Shown: positions 61,465 through 64,000 of the stretch, piece by piece
How positions within the stretch are numbered: the first letter of the stretch is position 1
Layout: every line of letters starts with the position of its first letter
Source of the DNA: Sminthopsis crassicaudata
Lineage: Eukaryota
Assembly: GCF_048593235.1 (NCBI RefSeq)
Contig: NC_133621.1
Coordinates: 299,097,146 to 299,161,145 of the forward strand
Direction of reading: 5' to 3'
Length of the DNA: 64,000 nucleotides
Program-made: the position numbers and the translations under genes
The notes under the pieces: generated by a model
Databases searched by the model: none
Told to the model about the DNA's origin: nothing
Seen by the model: only the letters and a program-made list of their open reading frames with translations

Positions 61465-62779
61465 TGTTGTGGAGCCTCCGGGGACTTCTGGACCTGCTCT
61501 TGAAGACGATCCCCGGCTAGCTAGATTTATGAGCTGGTTTCCTCGAAAGGACGACGCTCCCTTCCTTCAAGAGAACAGGACTGTGGCATGGGTAGTACGG
61601 CGCAGGCGTGAGAAGCCGCGGCTGCGGACAAAAGGGCTCGGGTGCCATCTGCTGGAGGAGAGCCGGACTGTAGAAAGTGGTCGAGTCGCGGAGTGGAGAA
61701 GAAGCTGGCGGAGCACCTGCCACGAGCCGCCTGCGAGCTGCAGACAAGTCCCGAAGCCGGGCGAGGTGAGCGGAAGCGCCCCCGAGCTCCGAGGCTTTTT
61801 GTACGAGCTGCAGAACGCCCGAATGGGAAATATCGTTTCAGTACGCTCAAAGCACCCGATCTCTCTGCCGCTTGACTCCGTCGCTGGGCTGCCTTTCGGG
61901 CTTACCTGCTATACATATCAAGAGAAGGGAGGCGGTCCGCTGGACTGGAGCGAGTGCTGTATCGGACGGGACTTCTGCTGTTTGACTCCACTATGAGCTG
62001 AACTGGTACCGAAGCCCTCTGCTTGGTGATGGAGTGGAGCCCCTCCGAAAGCCCCGTGGCTCGCACACCGCCTGGTCTGCTACCGAAGCGCGCGTTTCCC
62101 GGGCCAGCCCGTGCCTCGCCTGGGAGCCGATCGTTTCGTCGGGCTCCTCTATGAGTTGGACTGATACCGAAGCCCTCTGCAAAGACGTCTTGACGGAACC
62201 AGACATGTTGAGAGGACTACATTGAGCCCGAACTGAAGCAGACTGGAACCTCGCCCTCCTTTGGGATTCTACTGTGAGCTGGACTGCCTGCCCACGGCCT
62301 TCGATATATGGCCAAACTCTGCATTGCTCATGAACAAACGGGAGAGCTACTCTGCGGCCTGGCCTGCCCCGGAGAATCCCGTGGAAGCAAAGTAGTTTCA
62401 AGGAGCACGGTTAGAATGGAATGGACCGTCGCTGGAGACCTAGCTCGGAGACCGGGGTGGCCGGGAATTGGGGGGAGGGGCATCCTACTATCTAGGACTG
62501 CAAGACACCCAAACCGGGGGGAGTGGGGAGCGCTGATGGAGCCCCTAAGGGAGACTGGACTTGGACCGCTCTGGGATTGTAGACGCCGAGGATCACTCCC
62601 CGGGGTGCTGAGAGAAGCTAGACTGGGGGTAGGGGAGAACGGACCCGCTAAAGTATTACAAATAATTATCTATGTCTTTGCTTTATTGATTGCGATGACA
62701 ATAAACTTGCCAGGAGCTTGAACGTTTCTTTCCGTGTGCCATGATTGGGTTCGGAGGAGGGGGTGAAACTATCTCGATA
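61465..62779 (+). mobile_element. Putative CpG-rich solo LTR-like element (boundaries uncertain by a few bp)
   Basis: Starts TG. Internal direct repeats ctatgag(c/t)tg(a/g)actg(g/a)taccgaagccctctgc at about 61991 and 62149; AATAAA at about 62700; only imperfect TSD candidates. Confidence 0.4.
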
Positions 62780-63329
62780 GTGGCTGATCTTGTTGCTGTT
62801 CCAGCCCTAAAACTTCCCTTCCTGTAAGATGTCGGGCACGGGGCTCCCCACAGCAAATATAAAAGTTACTGTTTTGGGACGAAGGTTCTCCGTGTGATCC
62901 AGAGAAAAAACGGGGATAGGGGGGTCTCGGACCCCTTCAGAGGGTTTAGATCTAATTTTGTATTAACACGGCAAGTTAAAATACACCCACCATCCCAGAT
63001 CCCCGATTTGTAAGGGTACAAGATAAACTGGGAAAACTAGTGAGAACCTCTGGGCTAGATCGGCCGAGCTGCGAACTGCGGCCCAGGAATCCGGCGCTCG
63101 AGTTTGGGGGGGAGGGGAGTGCAGACATTCGTCTTAAGCGCCTGCAAGGTGCAGGGTTCCCGCCCGCGAGGATCCTGCAATCCCAAGGGGATCGAGCAAT
63201 GGGCAAATATATGACCTGGAGACTGGGGAGGCAGTGAACCAAGAGGCCGGGAAGGCTCCCCGGATGTAGGGGGGAGACCACCGGGAGTTCGTAAAGGCGC
63301 AAGGAGAGATCTAGTGAAAGGGCCCGGCC

Positions 63330-63881
63330 CGTGAGTCAGAGTGAGGGTCGAGGGGAGGGGTTAGTTAGAAAGGTCGCAGCGTCACGTGACCTCGGGCTTG
63401 GAAGGCCAAAGCTTGATTTTCCGCGGGCTCGCGGGGAGGTGTGGGAGCCCCGGGGAGTGCGGAGTAGGGAGTGACAGGATTGGATTAAGACTGGAGGGGG
63501 CGAGGCTAGAAGCTAGAGCCTCCCCCAGCAGTTAGAGCTACGGAGGGTTGAGAGAGAGGAGTCTGCGGCGGGAATCCGAAGAGGGAGAGGCGGCGAGCTT
63601 AGGGGGAAAGGTTAGTAGCTCGACGTGCTGAACAGCTCGGTGCGGAGGAGAGGACCCAGATCCGAGCCTCAGTTTCCCCATTTGTCAAGCGGAGGAAGGG
63701 GCCCGGCTCCAGGCGTTGCTGGGTGGGTGGAACCTGTCGGAAGGCAGAGGGGCGGGGCGAGGGCGGGGCGTAGGAGCCGGAAGCGGAAGTTTCTGCGTGA
63801 GTTAACGTCCTGCGCGGCCGCGCCGGCCCGACTGGCTGCAGCTCCCGGAAGCTGCGCTCCGCTGCCGCCTGCGCCTCCGCG
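63330..63881 (+). promoter_or_regulatory. NOL12 CpG-island promoter
   Basis: Palindromic E-box GTCACGTGAC at 63381-63390, GC boxes at about 63750-63768, tandem ETS/GABP sites CCGGAAGCGGAAGT at about 63777-63790, and high CpG density. Confidence 0.75.
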
Positions 63882-63958
63882 ATGGCTCGCAAGAAGAAGA
63901 AGAACAAGAAGGAGGGCGACGGCCGCCTCGTGCTCACCTTCGATGAGGAGAAGCGGCG
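63882..63958 (+). CDS. NOL12: NOL12 (nucleolar protein 12) first coding exon, MARKKKKNKKEGDGRLVLTFDEEKRR; gene continues beyond the window
   Basis: RLVLTFDEEKRR matches the NOL12/Rrp17 N-terminal motif. Phase-2 donor GTGAGC at 63959, CpG-island context, and the known position downstream of LGALS1 in mammals. Confidence 0.9.
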
Positions 63959-64000
63959 GTGAGCCTTCCTTCGGCCGGGTGTGCCCCCGCCCTCCCCCTC

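Noticed and set aside
61396-61470. H/ACA or C/D snoRNA, or a known U snRNA, downstream of the PSE
   Set aside because: An ACACAA H-box-like hexamer is present, but the hairpins are too short and there is no terminal ACA, box C or Sm site. It does not match U1-U13 or the atac RNAs as I recall them.
60870-63937. Multiple overlapping ORFs on both strands upstream of NOL12
   Set aside because: Expected in CpG-island and LTR-like DNA; no motifs or splice structure apart from NOL12 exon 1.

Overview
Mammalian genomic DNA, most likely a dasyurid-type marsupial (inferred from CORE/WSINE1-like SINEs and the L1 3' ends), with two assembly gaps (42438-42802, 45806-46256). About the first 50 kb is a tandem array of at least 8 duplication units of a galectin-1 (LGALS1)-like gene, all on the + strand, lying just upstream of NOL12 exon 1 at the right edge; this is the conserved LGALS1-NOL12 synteny. 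Manual splicing gives five intact 4-exon genes (A 751-3096, C 17135-19867, D 24737-26859, E 30975-33840, F 46802-49703) with the LGALS1 exon layout of 9/80/172/147 coding nt (F has longer first and last exons). There are also two exon-1-only remnants (B at 8542; G at 36458, whose exon 1 is flipped between 21-bp inverted repeats) and one gene-less unit ending near a gap. The proteins are highly divergent from each other and differ in their sugar-binding residues: canonical in E and F, R74Q in C and D, and H45L/R49I/E72D/R74K in A. The young pair C/D shows 16 amino-acid changes against only 2 purely silent codon changes. The rest is L1, SINE, LTR-like and Tigger-like repeats, including an L1 3' transduction. 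An snRNA-type promoter (octamer plus PSE) sits about 2.5 kb upstream of NOL12. No databases were searched; family assignments rest on motif recognition.
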